Shown in pieces: positions 13,431-26,200 of a stretch of DNA of 64,000 nt. The DNA comes from Lepidodermella squamata. Its lineage: Eukaryota > Animalia > Gastrotricha. How positions within the stretch are numbered: position 1 is the stretch's first letter; every line of letters starts with the position of its first letter. The stretch covers positions 4,464,001 to 4,528,000 of the forward strand of contig JBLDXI010000013.1 in assembly GCA_047495785.1 (NCBI GenBank), read 5' to 3'. The position numbers and the translations under genes are program-made. The notes beneath the pieces were generated by a model. It worked only from the letters and a program-made list of their open reading frames with translations, was not told the DNA's origin and searched no databases.

Positions 13431-13825
13431 TGTTGTACGCCTTTAGAGGATCTAAGCTTATACGGCATAGGCTTAAGCCTATACGGGATAAGCGATATTT
13501 TAAACTGTCATAGCGGCCAAACTGTGAGGGTCACAATCGATCATCATATACTATCGATTGGTGCCAAATCGAATTCCACGTGGCACATTCAGGGTCAAGT
13601 TTTGGCCTCAAAAAGCGAATTTTTTGCATTTTTTCAACTTTGAAGGCGAAAATCATATTTCCAGAAGTTCCGCGCGGAATTCGATTTGGCACCTATCGAT
13701 AGCCCTTGATTACAGCAATCGATTGATATATGATGATCGATTGTGACCCTCACGGTTTGGCCATTATTTTGGTTAAATACAATGCTCATACCCTAAAGGC
13801 TTAAATCCCTTACAGGCGTACAACA
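13431..13825. mobile_element. Non-autonomous TIR element with TGT...ACA termini and a 4-bp TSD (Ginger-like)
   Basis: Outer TIR TGTTGTACGCCT / AGGCGTACAACA, flanked on both sides by CATA. An inner ~45-bp inverted repeat lies at 13515-13560 / 13716-13762. Confidence 0.7.
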
Positions 13826-13958
13826 CATATAGATCGCAAGCTGCTCTTTCACGTGGTATAAGCTTTGAGGTGGGCAATTGCTGCTGAGTCTTGATCTCAT
13901 CAAAAAATGAAATCATAGTGAAAATCGTAACAACGCTTCGTAACTTATCAAAGCAGGT

Positions 13959-15603
13959 GTGCCCGAGCCTATAGTTAGATGGGTAGCTGATTTTCTGCGC
14001 GGCCGTTGTTTCAAACTGAAGGTGGAAGGCGAGCTCAGCGTCGTCCCTCAAGGGTCGCCTCTGAGTCCTTTGCTCTTCATTTTGTATAGAGCCGACATGC
14101 AGCCCCGTGAAGTTAAACCCGACGACGGTAAGCGTCGCGTTGCACCTACGCAGACGACACCCTCAACTGGGCGTACGGCAAGTCGCTTTTAGACTGCTCT
14201 CGGCGACTGCAGCTTCAACTGGACAACACTGTCAGGGGGTGCGCCCGTTGGCGCTTAACACTGAATCCTGAAAATGCGAAACAATGATTTTTGGCTTTTA
14301 TAATTCTTTACCCTCGATCCATCTCAGGTTAGGTCCCCGAAAGATTAAGCAGGTACAACAGCTGAAATACCTTGGTCTTCACCTTAGACAGTTGGGACAA
14401 TTGTCAGCAATTTCGGCAAAAACTGAGGATCGTCACTGCCCCCACTGCAATGGCGGCTGTGAGCCTCATCATTCTGGTTCGTGGCGTGGCTGCCCTGCAG
14501 TAAAGACCGCCCAGGCTGCAGAGGTGGTTCGTCGCCGTCCCATCGCCGTCGCCCGTGAAGCGAAAGCTGCCGAACGTGAAAAGCGTCGTCAACAAGCCAA
14601 GATTCCCGAACACCTACGGGGTGGCACCACGCACTTCCTCTCCACCTGTGACTTGGCGGACCGACGCCCACTCCGTGGTCAGCCCCGTCCCATGCGGTGG
14701 TGCCTCCTGCTACTCCGCCTCCGTTTGTCAATCCTGGTCACTCCGCAACCAATTTCTATCGCCTGATGGCGCCCGGCTTTTTAGTCTTATGGAAGAGCGA
14801 TTCCAGCGTATGGAAGCCGCTTTTGAACGTCGGCTCGAAACTGTCGGCCGCTTGTTCGATCGGCTCTTCGCCTCCCCGCGCTGCCACCTCAAACCAGCTC
14901 GACCCGCAATGGCTAGTACGCTGCACACGCTGCTACAATGGAACCCGTGCGGACTCCCTGGCACGGAACTTAAAGCTTGTCGACAGCTAGAGACTTATAA
15001 ACCCTGGTGGCCCTGCCCTGCAAACCCACCTACGTCGGCTGTTCAACATGTCTCCTGGCAGTCGGTACGTGCCTCAAGCGTGGAAAGAAGCGGTTGTTGT
15101 GCCTTTTCCGAAGGCCGGCAAGCCGCAGAACCATGTCTCGTAACAGCGTCCCATCTCCTTGCTGCCGACTGACGCCAAGCTCCTGGAGTCGATCGTAGCT
15201 CGGTGGATGACCCAGTTTCTCGAAAGTCAACACCTTCTCCTTGAGAATCATTTTTGCATTCCGTCAGCACCATTCCGCGCCAGATGTCCCACTTCGCATC
15301 GTTCATCGTGTCCACATCGTGTCCACAAGTCAGTTTAGGGTCCAAGTGAACACCGAGAACTCGTATCGACTCGACCTGCGGGATCACGGCTCCGTTGAGC
15401 CGAACATCGACGGACGCGCTACCAAAGGGCATAACTTCGCTCTTCGCGGGGTTAAACTTCCGGCGCCACTTCTTAGCCCAGTCGGAAATACGGGTGATCT
15501 CCAATTGGAGAAAGCTTCTCTGGCGAAGAATCGGTGAATCAGGGTGCGCCGGGCAGCTGCCCACATTTATGCCAGCCAAACAGATCAGAACATCTAAGCT
15601 CAA
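13959..15603. mobile_element. Cluster of decayed non-LTR retrotransposon (LINE) fragments in both orientations
   Basis: Plus strand: RT motifs WVADFLRGR...VPQGSPLSPLLFILY and LKYLGLHL, a gag-like knuckle CPHC...HHSGSWRGCP and an APE start LLQWNPCGL. Minus strand: RT C-terminus DWAKKWRRKFNPAKSEVM...IRVLGVHLDPKL. Frameshifts and stops are present. Confidence 0.85.
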
Positions 15604-16599
15604 AAAGTTATGCAGCGTCTCATCTCTTATTGCCTTAATTAATCAGTGACTTCACCAGCTGAGCCATTGAGCACGCCGCTATCAGAGTTGGTACGGCTTA
15701 ACAACAGCGAATCCTCTATGGAAAATCCAATACAATACGCCGCCAACTTTCTCCCTTTCCTGCTACGTGAAACTTGAACAAAAATGTTCACGGGTGCCTG
15801 CTATTTCACGTCCGTAAATCGTTTTGCCTGATGCACAACACTTACGGAAGTATACGTGACCCCACTACTTACAGTCACCCGAATTGACTGTAGGTACCTA
15901 TTGAACCAGGTTCCAGCTTCAAATAGCTGCACTGCATTGCTGCGACTTCAAAAAAACGAAGGCAAAAACATACTTAAAAACGTAACTTTATTTTTCACAA
16001 AGCAGCAATAACAGAGGAGGAGCTCCCTCGATCCTATAAATAGACAATTTTAGATTCCGACAGCCGCGTAACAGAATGTTTTCTCCAACTAAATAACTCG
16101 AATATAACTTTGGCAAAGACAATCCGCAAAAAATAACACAGAGAACGAACAACCACATACCGAAATGGATGCGACTGAAATGATGATAATAATTTAGTAG
16201 TAGATCATACAAATTAAGGAACTTTCAGCACGCAATTATTCATCAGAGAAATTGCAGAAAAAATGTCTTGACTCGTATAACGTGGCTCTCACGGGTCACA
16301 TTTGCATCACTGAGTTTATAGTGTACAGGTAGACAACCAGCGGTTGAAATTTTCGGACGGTGATTTGGATTGAATTACATTGCTGTGTGGCACCTTCAAG
16401 CAGCGGCAATGTGAGATGCCTTCAAATGCAAGCAATTTCAGGGTGGAAAAGAAAGGATTTTATTAGTGGGTGAACAAAATGGCTAAGTGTTGGATGGCTT
16501 TGAAGCGAGTGAAAAGGAGGAAAAATACCAGCGGCTAATTGTCAATAAAAACGGAATCTATGCTTCCAAAGTTTTTTATTACTAGGTAAGTGGCTATAA

Positions 16600-19500
16600 T
16601 CATGCAGCGTGTCTGAACACGAAAACCGAATCGTCGAGCAGGTAGTAAGGCGCGGACATGTCGCCCTCGCACAGGTACGGCAATTTCGTGAACGAGTGGA
16701 TTTCAAAGCCGAGCGGGCGCATCAGCTCGATGAACGACGCCGACTGCTCTTCGTAGGAATAGCCGCGAATGTTCAGCGTCTCGATGGGCTCCGTCGAGTT
16801 GCCCATCTCGACGTAGGGGCAGAACGGGAAGGCGTGCGCGACGATCAAATAGCCGTCCATCGCCAGTTTGAGCTTCATTTGCTTGATCAGCGAGATCGGG
16901 TGTGAGCAGCGGTCGAGCACGTTGAGGCACGCAATCGCGTCGTACATTATGCCGTGGTCCGTCCACGATTCAGCTGTTAACAAGCTATAAACAAAAATAC
17001 AGGATGTAACAGCTTTTTTACATTGATTTGGATATTGATTGTACTCAAGAATCGGTAGCAATACTGGTTCTCCTCCTAGACTTGTGACTGCAAAGATCGC
17101 CTATCAGATACCACCTTAGCAGGTACATTTTATTACTAGCTTCGTTATTAATTTTCTGCCAACATAAAATAGTTGAGTTCCATCGCCTCTTCAATTACTA
17201 TTAATCATCTGGCACAGCTAATCCAAAGATATGTTCGAATCTTCTCGATTTAAGGGGAAGAATTTCGCTCACAAGGACGTTACAAAAAAGGCGAAGAAAT
17301 CTACCTTGGAACGATTAATGACTTCGGCGAAGTTGAACTCAACTGATCAACAAAGAAGCAATGGATCGAATTCTTGATGTGATTGTTGCATTCAAGGTGC
17401 AGGATGGCAGCAAATACATGTGCAGGCCATTATCGATCTGCTTGCTCTTTCCTTTCTCGGCGCTCTCATCATGCGGCGATCGTTCAGGAATTACGACTTC
17501 GCCACGTGCCAAGTCTGGGAGCTCGACATCCAGGCTTGTGCCGCGTTGCCCGCAGCGGTCAAGACGACATGCCCCTCCCGACTGCCAATACAGCTAAACG
17601 GTTAATTTTAGAAGAAACGTCGTATTCCGTTGATCATTAGCTGGTCAATATGTCAGCGTGTTTCTATCGACGCCGTTCTCATCAATCAACTAGGAAACGT
17701 CTTCTTCCTTGATGGCCCTGGTGGATCCGGTAAAACTTTCACTTATTCAACTACCGTAGTTACCGAAATACTAACCCGGGCTTATACAAAAATGATACCT
17801 TTAAAAATGGGGAAAAGTAGGCTTCTATTCAAGACTAGGCTTCTATTTGAGATAGGCTTATGCAACGGAGATCTGACTTTACTTTCTGTCTTTCAATCCC
17901 AAAACTCATCAAAGTTTTCATTATTAGTTATTAGCTAGGTCGTCTAATAGCTGAAAATTAAGAATAATAAGGAATGCTTTAAATAAAGTCATCGTAAGTC
18001 GCAGATTATTGCATATCTTCACGAATTTTTCGTTTTTAAATACCGTTCAGCGCAGCAGAGCACACGTGCCGTAGTAGCCTAGGCTACTATTCGAGATAGG
18101 ACTATGCATCGACGAATTTCAATTTACCTAGGCTTCTAATCGAGACAGGCTTCTAAACGAGTGGGGGCTTATATTTCGGTAACTACGGTATTTTGACTCA
18201 TTTGCGAGCTTTGGGGAAAATATGCCTTGCTACTGCTTCCTCCGGTATTGCCGCTATTCGTCTCGAGGCCGGGCGTACTACCCATTCCAGATTTGTGATC
18301 CCGTTATCTCTCGATGAAGGGTCCAAGTGCTCCATTTCGAAAAAATCTCATGCCGATCATCAAACAGGCATATGTTATAATCATTGACGAGGCACCAATG
18401 CTGCACAGATTTGTATTAGAGGCTTTGGATTTCACGCTGCAAGACCTCATGGACAAGACTAACTCGCCTTTCGGTGGCAGGGTTGTTTTGCTAGGAGGTG
18501 ACTTCAGGTAAAAGAGTTACGATTGCTACATACATCAATATGGAATGAGCTCATGTAAGGCTGTTATATATGATGGTTTTAGGACATTTCATAGCTGAGC
18601 CGTTACCAACTATAAGTAATGAACCTCGGACCTATTCCTAATGTCTTGGCATACTGAGACTCTCATAATGTGCTCTGAGACTCTAAATATCCTGCACGAC
18701 TGCAGCCATCGAAAGGAGGTGAACAACCAGAAACAAGACAAAGTTAGTACTGTAGAAGTGGCAACTTACTGAAAGGCTTCGCGGCGAGTCAGACGCCAGC
18801 ACATTGGTGCCGATTTCTCCGTGACGTACACGTTGTCAAAGAGGGGTGCCATTTGTTCCGTGACTTTGCCGTCGCCAGCGCCAATGTCGAGCAGCGAGTG
18901 GGTGCGCCAGTCGTCGTCGACGCGCAGCAGCGCTCGGAATTGCGCTGTTGAGAAGACGAACATGGAGCCGCGGCCGAGCAGGCCGTTGATCGATGTTTTT
19001 GAGATGACGAAGCTGAGCAGTTTGGCGGCGAACAGGTGGAACATTTGCGTGAACAGCCAGTCCGACTTGGCGTACGACTGGTCTAGAAACAGATCGGTGC
19101 CGTTGTCCTGGCGTAATTGCACAAATTTGGAAGCCAGATCCATTGGCAAGGCTTTGAGATCAGCGGAGTAGTGCTGCAACACAATTCAATAATTACAGAA
19201 TGTCTACAATTTTTCAAAACTGTAAACGGGTTCCCTAAATTTTTTGCCTCGTCTACTCTTCTACCTCCTCAATCTGCCAAATTAAGGAAGAAATGTCTCC
19301 CTTCATCGCTTACAGTGCTTTTCGTGTCTCTTTGTCTATGAATAGAACAAGAATTTGCCTATTGCTAAAATGAAGATTTCTACTCAAAAACAGAAAAAGC
19401 AGCTTCCATTTCCCGTTGAGTATTCCGGTAACTCCCAATTTTATTGAGAAGTTTCAGTTTCTTAGCTATCAATAATTGTTGAAATTCCTTAATTTGAATT

Positions 19501-19953
19501 AGGCCATTATTAGCCTAAATTAGCCTGAGTTTATGCGTCAATTATTGAAACTTCTCTGCCTTCGCGTTAGTTCCATGCCAATATATATCAGCAACATGTT
19601 TTAAGCACTAGGCTACAAACTGGCATTGAATATGAGCTTTTTCTTGAATTTGAATTCAATCCTCAGAGCCTACTCCAATTTTAAGTTCCATTTTAAAGAA
19701 TTTTTTCATTTTTTCCAATTAATTCACCATTTAAATTAAACTGAACTTTACTAACTCTACTAAATGTACTAAAAATTTGAAAACTTCATCACATAATCCA
19801 AAATGTTATGAATAGCTCACCTTTTCTTGTTAAGAATAATATAGATCAAATGTCTGAATTTTCGAAAGAACTTACTTCTTTGCAGAGAACTTTCGAGTGA
19901 GTCTTGTCGAACTCGGCCCGTTGCATGTAGGCATTCATGAGCACCGAACGCAT
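16600..19953 (-). CDS. METTL9: Protein-L-histidine N-pros-methyltransferase (DREV). Exons 19953-19876, 19173-18770, 16984-16600
   Basis: TSINGLLGRGSMFVFS, LLDIGAGDGKVT, YVTEKS, CLNVLDRC, PFCPYVE and LPYLCEGDM..YYLLDD are METTL9 signature segments, and the splice phases are consistent. Confidence 0.93.
17500..18511 (+). mobile_element. Helitron Pif1-helicase remnant inside a METTL9 intron, split by a MITE
   Basis: RLILEETSY, FFLDGPGGSGKTF (Walker A), LATASSGIAA..L.AGRTTHSRF, IIIDEAPM, PFGGRVVLLGGDFR. One frameshift. Confidence 0.9.
17754..18188. mobile_element. Tc1/mariner-pogo-type MITE with TA TSD
   Basis: TIR CCGTAGTTACCGAAATA / TATTTCGGTAACTACGG with TA on both sides. Internal repeats of AGGCTTCTATT. 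Confidence 0.9.
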
Positions 19954-20212
19954 GATTAATTAAATGCAGTTAAGTAGAGATATTCGTCAAATTATTTACA
20001 AAACCGACATCAATATAAAATAACACCTAACCAGGAAAAAGTAAAATTATGAAAAACGAGATGCCAAATTGAAATATGACTACTATAGGCTATATACTTG
20101 AGCAGAGACTTTCAAACAAAAATTCCGGCAATTTTTTTTGAACACCGGACTTGAAAATTGAAATAAACGTAATTCAGCGGGGCTATATAGAATTCGAGAA
20201 TTGCAGAAGCAT

Positions 20213-23200
20213 TCAAAGGCCGATTTTGTAGGACCGGCCCTTCGGGTTGTGGATGGCGGTGCATCGCGGCTGCGTGATGGCCCACTCGTACCAGACCGAG
20301 TGGTCGTCCGACAGCCGCCACATGTGCACCTTCAACTTTTCGCCAGCCGCGAACTGCAACGGACTGACGAGCGGGAAGTAGATGGAAAACCACGAGAATA
20401 GATCGGGCGAGTGCGTGGTCGGGTGGATGCTCATGACGATGTCTTTGTACAGCACCGAGTCGAAATAGCCGGCCAGGCCGTGTATCGTCACGTCGTAGGG
20501 GATTGTGAATTCGGCACAGGCGAATCGATCGTTCGAATGGGGCTCTAAACGCGCAATAAAGGGGTAAATATTCGAGTGTGAGATGGCCGACTAATGATAA
20601 TATGAAGAAAATTGACCGCTCATAGTGCGCTTTTTCAATAAGGAAACACCGGAAAACTGGCTTGCAAAATCGATCAGATGAGAAATTTAATAAGGCCGTA
20701 AAGGGAATCTTGATTCTCTTTCCGCAGGCAAATTTTCTAAAATTTTAAAATTGATCAGCGTATTTCTCTATTGCCTATAGGTATAGCGTATAGCCCCATG
20801 TACAACTTACCCATTTTCACTTGGAGAAAATAAATGAAAAGGAATGAATATGGCCAATCCCTAATTTGCTACATAATTCGCTTCAAAGGCTTGTCTCGAA
20901 CGAATTATTATCATAAGCCAAAAAATGATATCGCCAATTGAGATTCTCAAGATTTAAATAGCGGTGGTAAGTGGTAAGTTTTAAGCACAAACGGAATTGT
21001 CTAAAAAATGGGTTTCATTTGCCAACTATTTTATTCGCCTTCATCATATTTTTTCGTTGTTCGGACTTCGAATTTACCCTGAATAAGGCCCTCAAAATAA
21101 CGAACCAAGAGCGCATTTTCATGCAATTTATTTCAATTTTTCAAATACATCGGTGCAATTTCCATCTAAAATTAATTTTTAAAAGAAGTTTTTTTTGCGA
21201 ACCCAATAATTTTCAATGAATTATCTTAGCTTGGCTCTTTGAAATCGGAGGAAACTTTCAATTACAATCTGACAAGTGAGCTCAAAAATCTACATGAAGT
21301 TCGGGGATTTTATGACACTAGACTGGAAAATATACCAATAAATAAACGGGAGAAATGCTTTCTGCCACCAAATTTGGACTTTCTGCCACTAAATATGAAA
21401 ATCCAAAAATCGCCACCAATTTGGATTTTCTTGTCACTACAAATGTTGAACTGAGGATGTTGCTCGTTAGGAGGAGAAATACCGGTAACAAAAGTGTCAA
21501 AAAGCCCGACGTGACTTAACAATTAAAGAAAAACAAGTGATTAGGAAGCTGAAAAGAAGCCGATTTCGCCAAGCACGCCAATATGAGCTTAAAATGGATA
21601 AACTTCATTAAGAAGTACCGTTCGATGGCCAGGGCGATCGTGCTTGAAGGACATGCCAATTCAACTTTTACAAATTATATAAAAAAATTCCAAAAATGTC
21701 TTATTGTTTATTGTTTACTTTTGTTATTGGACATATCAATTCGTGATTTAAGGATGGCAACCTCAAATTGGTGGCAAAAAACCCTAATCTGGTGGCAAGA
21801 AGTACCACTCCCTAAATAAATTTACATTAATTGTGTTCAAAGATGGAATTTAAATTTCAACAGCGGATCGGCTCCCTCATGAAGCAAGTGAGAGTCTACA
21901 ACTACTTTTCTAGAGAGAGACAAGAGTGGTTTAAATTGCCGAAAAGGGAGCGTTCGCTGTTTCGGGTATTCGCTGTTATGGCGGTCTGTTATGGCGGCGG
22001 GGTAGGACGTCAAAACAGCGAATGCGCAGAACAGCGAAACCGACATAACAGCGAAAGCGACAAAACAGCGAAAAATCCTCCCCAAAATGCTGTGTAATGT
22101 GCTATATTAAAATCGCTGTTATGTCGCAAATTAGATTTTTCGCTGTTTTGTCGCGTTCGCTGTTTCGGGTATTCGCTGTTATGGCGGTCTGCCTTATCAA
22201 ATCTTCTATAAAAATCAGAAGTCAGAAATCGCTTTAAAAAATATGCTTTTTAAACTGTTCAACTACTGGTTTCAGCCACAATTCTTACTCCTTCCATTCG
22301 TGCAAATCATTTACAGCTTTTTTTGAACACTCATTCAAACATTGCTTCACTGAAAATTCCGTTAATTTGATCTATAAATCTTACCGAAATTCGGATGATC
22401 AAACTTGAACATAGGCTGCGGCTCAGCAAACACGTTCGCGTTGTGAAATCGCACGACATACGGCAGTTCGAAGACGTACTCAGGGTGCTTGTAGCCCTGG
22501 TGCTCGCGCATGTTGAACAGCTCCGAGTACAAGCGATGCGCCTGGATAGGCGCAATGTACGACGTGTACGACGAAGGGATGCTGATGCCGCCGTCTTTTT
22601 TCAACAAATGCTGCGCCCCGTCCAAGCACTCGGGCGACAGCTCGTTGTCGCCGAACGAGCCGAGCAGTTCTGAGACCAAGATGTCGGCGAGTTGCGGCGG
22701 TTTCCACTGCCGCATGTCGCTCGCGATGATTGTCACGTCGTCGTTCGCCCACTCGGTGACGCGGCGGTTGCGCAGCGTCACGATCGCGTTCGGGTTCTTC
22801 TCGACGGCGTACACTTTCACGAGGCAGTCGGTTTTGCGGGCGGCTCGGAGTGTAGCGGCAACCAACGGACCTCGACCGGCGCCAACCACCATGACAACAA
22901 CGCTGGAAATTGAGAAAAATACATACCGTAAACTCCGAAATAAGAGCGCGGGGACTTGTATTTTCAAAGCAATTAAAAACGGGTCCTCCTGTCAGCGTAA
23001 CCAAATTTACAGTGAGCGAAACGAAATTTGCTGTATCGGAACCAAATTTTTGAATCTTCTAGTAGCCTTAAATCGCTTTTGCTTCCAGCCATCAGGGGTT
23101 TCGGGGTTTGGGCTACTGCAATTTCGGGCATACTTTCGGGAGTAGTCTAAAAATGATGAGATACAGTAGTTTTGCGTTAAGCCGGACGACAACAAGCCGG

Positions 23201-26200
23201 ACTTGCGTTAATACGGACAAAATCGGCTGGCTCGTGCCGCGGACTAGCGTTTTACATACTAATAGTTGCAATAAGCCGGACGCCATTAAGCCGGACATGC
23301 ATCAAAACAGATAGATTTTTTAGTGGATTTAACTTCAAAATGTCCGGCTTATAGTACAATTTTCTGAAAAAAACCCGCCGCTAAGTAAAAAGTACCAGCT
23401 GCGAGCCGAGTGAGCTATGCAACAGCTAGAATTGTCACCGCAGGTTTACTTGTGCTATTTACTAACAGTTCTCTATTTGAAAACTTTTTGAACAGTTGAG
23501 AAATTATAAAAAAAATCGCCATCCCTAAGCGCGCATTATCGCCCACCTTGTCGGCATCTGTAGAGAGTAGCGACCCTGACTATAAGGAGACTATGAGGCT
23601 GATACTTGCAAAAAATATTAAATAATTCAAGCTTTTTTCTAAACCGGACATGTCCGGCTTACATTAAGCCGGACAAAATCGTCTGGCGCGGGTCGTGTCT
23701 GGCTTAATGCAAAACTACTGTATATCATCATCTGTTATATGTTATATTTGGTCAGTTATATCTGTTATATCTGTTATATCATCAAGCCAATTTTCCCAGT
23801 TAATCAGCGATTATTATAATGTTTTTAATCCCGAAATTAGAAAGCAATGAGCTAGTAGCCATAAAAGGCATGATAAAATGTTATTTGCACACAGCGGTAC
23901 AAAATTAGGCCTGAGGACTTATTCGCTCAATTACCGTGAAGACTGAGGGCTTAACCCTTAGCCGCCGGCGCAATGACGTGTTAACTCGAGCACCTTTCAG
24001 AAAATCCCAGAAAATCAAGAAGAGGCTAAAATCAAATTCTGAGTCGGCAGAAAGTCTTACATTTAGCCTTAGATTGAAAGCCGAACCTCTTTTTCAGAAG
24101 AAATTTACCTGGGTTGCCGTTGCTATGACGTGTTAACGCGTTTTCATGACGTGTTAACAAGTCACTCGAAATTTTTCTCACTATTTTCGACCTGATCGGA
24201 ATGGCTTTGAAAATTTGGATTTTCGGGGAGTGCTTGTTTCATGCTATTGATTTATCATGATTTATGACGCAACAATGGGTTCAATAGCCCAAATGCTCCG
24301 ACCACGGTGAATTTTCTCCGGAATTAACGCGTGTACACGTCTTCGGCGGCTAAGGGTTAAGCCAGACGAGGTTTTATCACAGACCTGTGGTCCTTACATC
24401 GGATTTTACGTTATTAAAAAATCAGAGGGAATTTAATTGAAATCGATTATGAAAAGGCTAGACCGAAAAATTATATGTCTTGGCCATGAGTTCATTTTCA
24501 GTCAGGTTTATAGAATGAGTTTATCCCTCCATGCCGAGTTCACGTGCATTCGTTTCAACAGAAACTCGTAATAGAATCGACATCTTAATAAAATATACGG
24601 ATTCAACAAAATACGCCACTTACCTACTACTATTTCAAATAGTTCCTAACAATAAAAATCTCGCACTAGGATGGTAGGATGAAAAATGTGGTGTTTCACT
24701 ACCGTAGAGGAAATTTTCAGTCTCGCTTGTTCAAGACTAGGCTGAAAATTAAATGAGCGTATCACATGTTATTGTCTTTTTTCTGGCTAAAAACTTACCG
24801 TATTCCCTTGCAAACTGTGGCACTGCCGTTATACAAGAAGCGAGCTGGCATGCAACTATACCCCGGGGAACAATGGCATGCCTTTAACGAATGGGGTAAA
24901 TTGGGAAAATTTAAAGTTTTCAATTAAGATGATTAACGCTGTAATGGCGCTCATTTTACATTGCGATGCGCATTCTTCGTGGTTATTGCGTATTTCGAAG
25001 CTGATTGGAGACTCCTAAGGCTTATGGCATCACTGACTTTCAATCTAGACTGGCCAAATCCTCCCCGAAAACGAGTCCGAAGATGAAGAACCTGCCTGCC
25101 CCTAAATCTACCGGCATCACTAACGACGAGAGCAACGATAGTGGTGTCAAATTCCTCGAATGAATGGTTTAATATTAAGGAGAAAATGCTTTCTACTATC
25201 AATTTTGCAGTTTCACCGTCAATTTTGGGACTTACGCCATCAAACCGGAAAATTCTAATTTCAGCGTCGATTTTGGGGTTTTCATCATCAAATTGCGACT
25301 TTCGCCAACTATTTTTTTTCATTTTTCGACTAAAATTCGTAAATATATTTTAGTCATCTTCTACAACCGATATTTCTATTAACTAATCAAATTAACTAAT
25401 CAAAGCACATTTTTGGCTTCTGCTTTCGCGCATCGAAATAGATAAAATCACAATTTTAATCCTGCTTCGCTTATTATACCAGTCCCTTTCGGTTAGTGGC
25501 ACTGCCATACTTAATGAGGGATTTCGATTTTTGATGTGCCAGCTTTTATATTGGCTGCCACAGTTTGCAAGGGAATACGGTATAGCGGCTGTTCAAATTC
25601 GCACCTAGTTCAACGAGGTGGTGCGGCATAAAAGCGATTCCCCTGTAACAAACTACTGTACTACATACGACGCCGCTAACTTTCTCCCAGAGCGACCAAA
25701 TGCTGAATTTTGGCAGCAGCCGACCCAACAGCCGGACGAGCAGCTCATCCTCGCAGCTGAGCAGCAGCAAAGAAGGAGGCCTGGTCGTCCTCGAGGTAGC
25801 CGAAGCCGTTCTGGCAGCCGCCCAACCCGTCGTTCCACTCGTGGTACCCGCCGTCGGCGCAGCGGTCAACATGCGGCGGCAATTAAATATTGTTGAACGG
25901 GTCGAAGATAATTGATGTTTTAGGAGAGAATAAATAAATAAATGAATGTTGTACGTTTCGGAGATAAACTTGTTGTACAGGGGAAGATAAAGCGTTGTAC
26001 GAATAAAGCAGCAGCCCCCTTTCCTATCACGTGAACTCGGCTTGAATGAAACAGGTGCCCACCGGTTAGGAGGCTACAAAAAACGGCTCAATCGCCGACA
26101 AGTTTCACTTTCTACTCTACTGCGAAACCATATCCTCTCAGTTTGACAAGACTTTTCCTTTCCCGCAATGAACAAATTGCTGATCGCCATCTTGCTAGCG

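Noticed and set aside
15988-16212. ORF containing a signal-like MWLFVLCVIFCGLSL
   Set aside because: Does not share the peptide-family cassette, and no convincing second exon or mature region was found.
22331-23145. Several overlapping 70-210 aa ORFs around the PRMT5 exon
   Set aside because: Alternative-frame and antisense shadows of a GC-rich coding exon.
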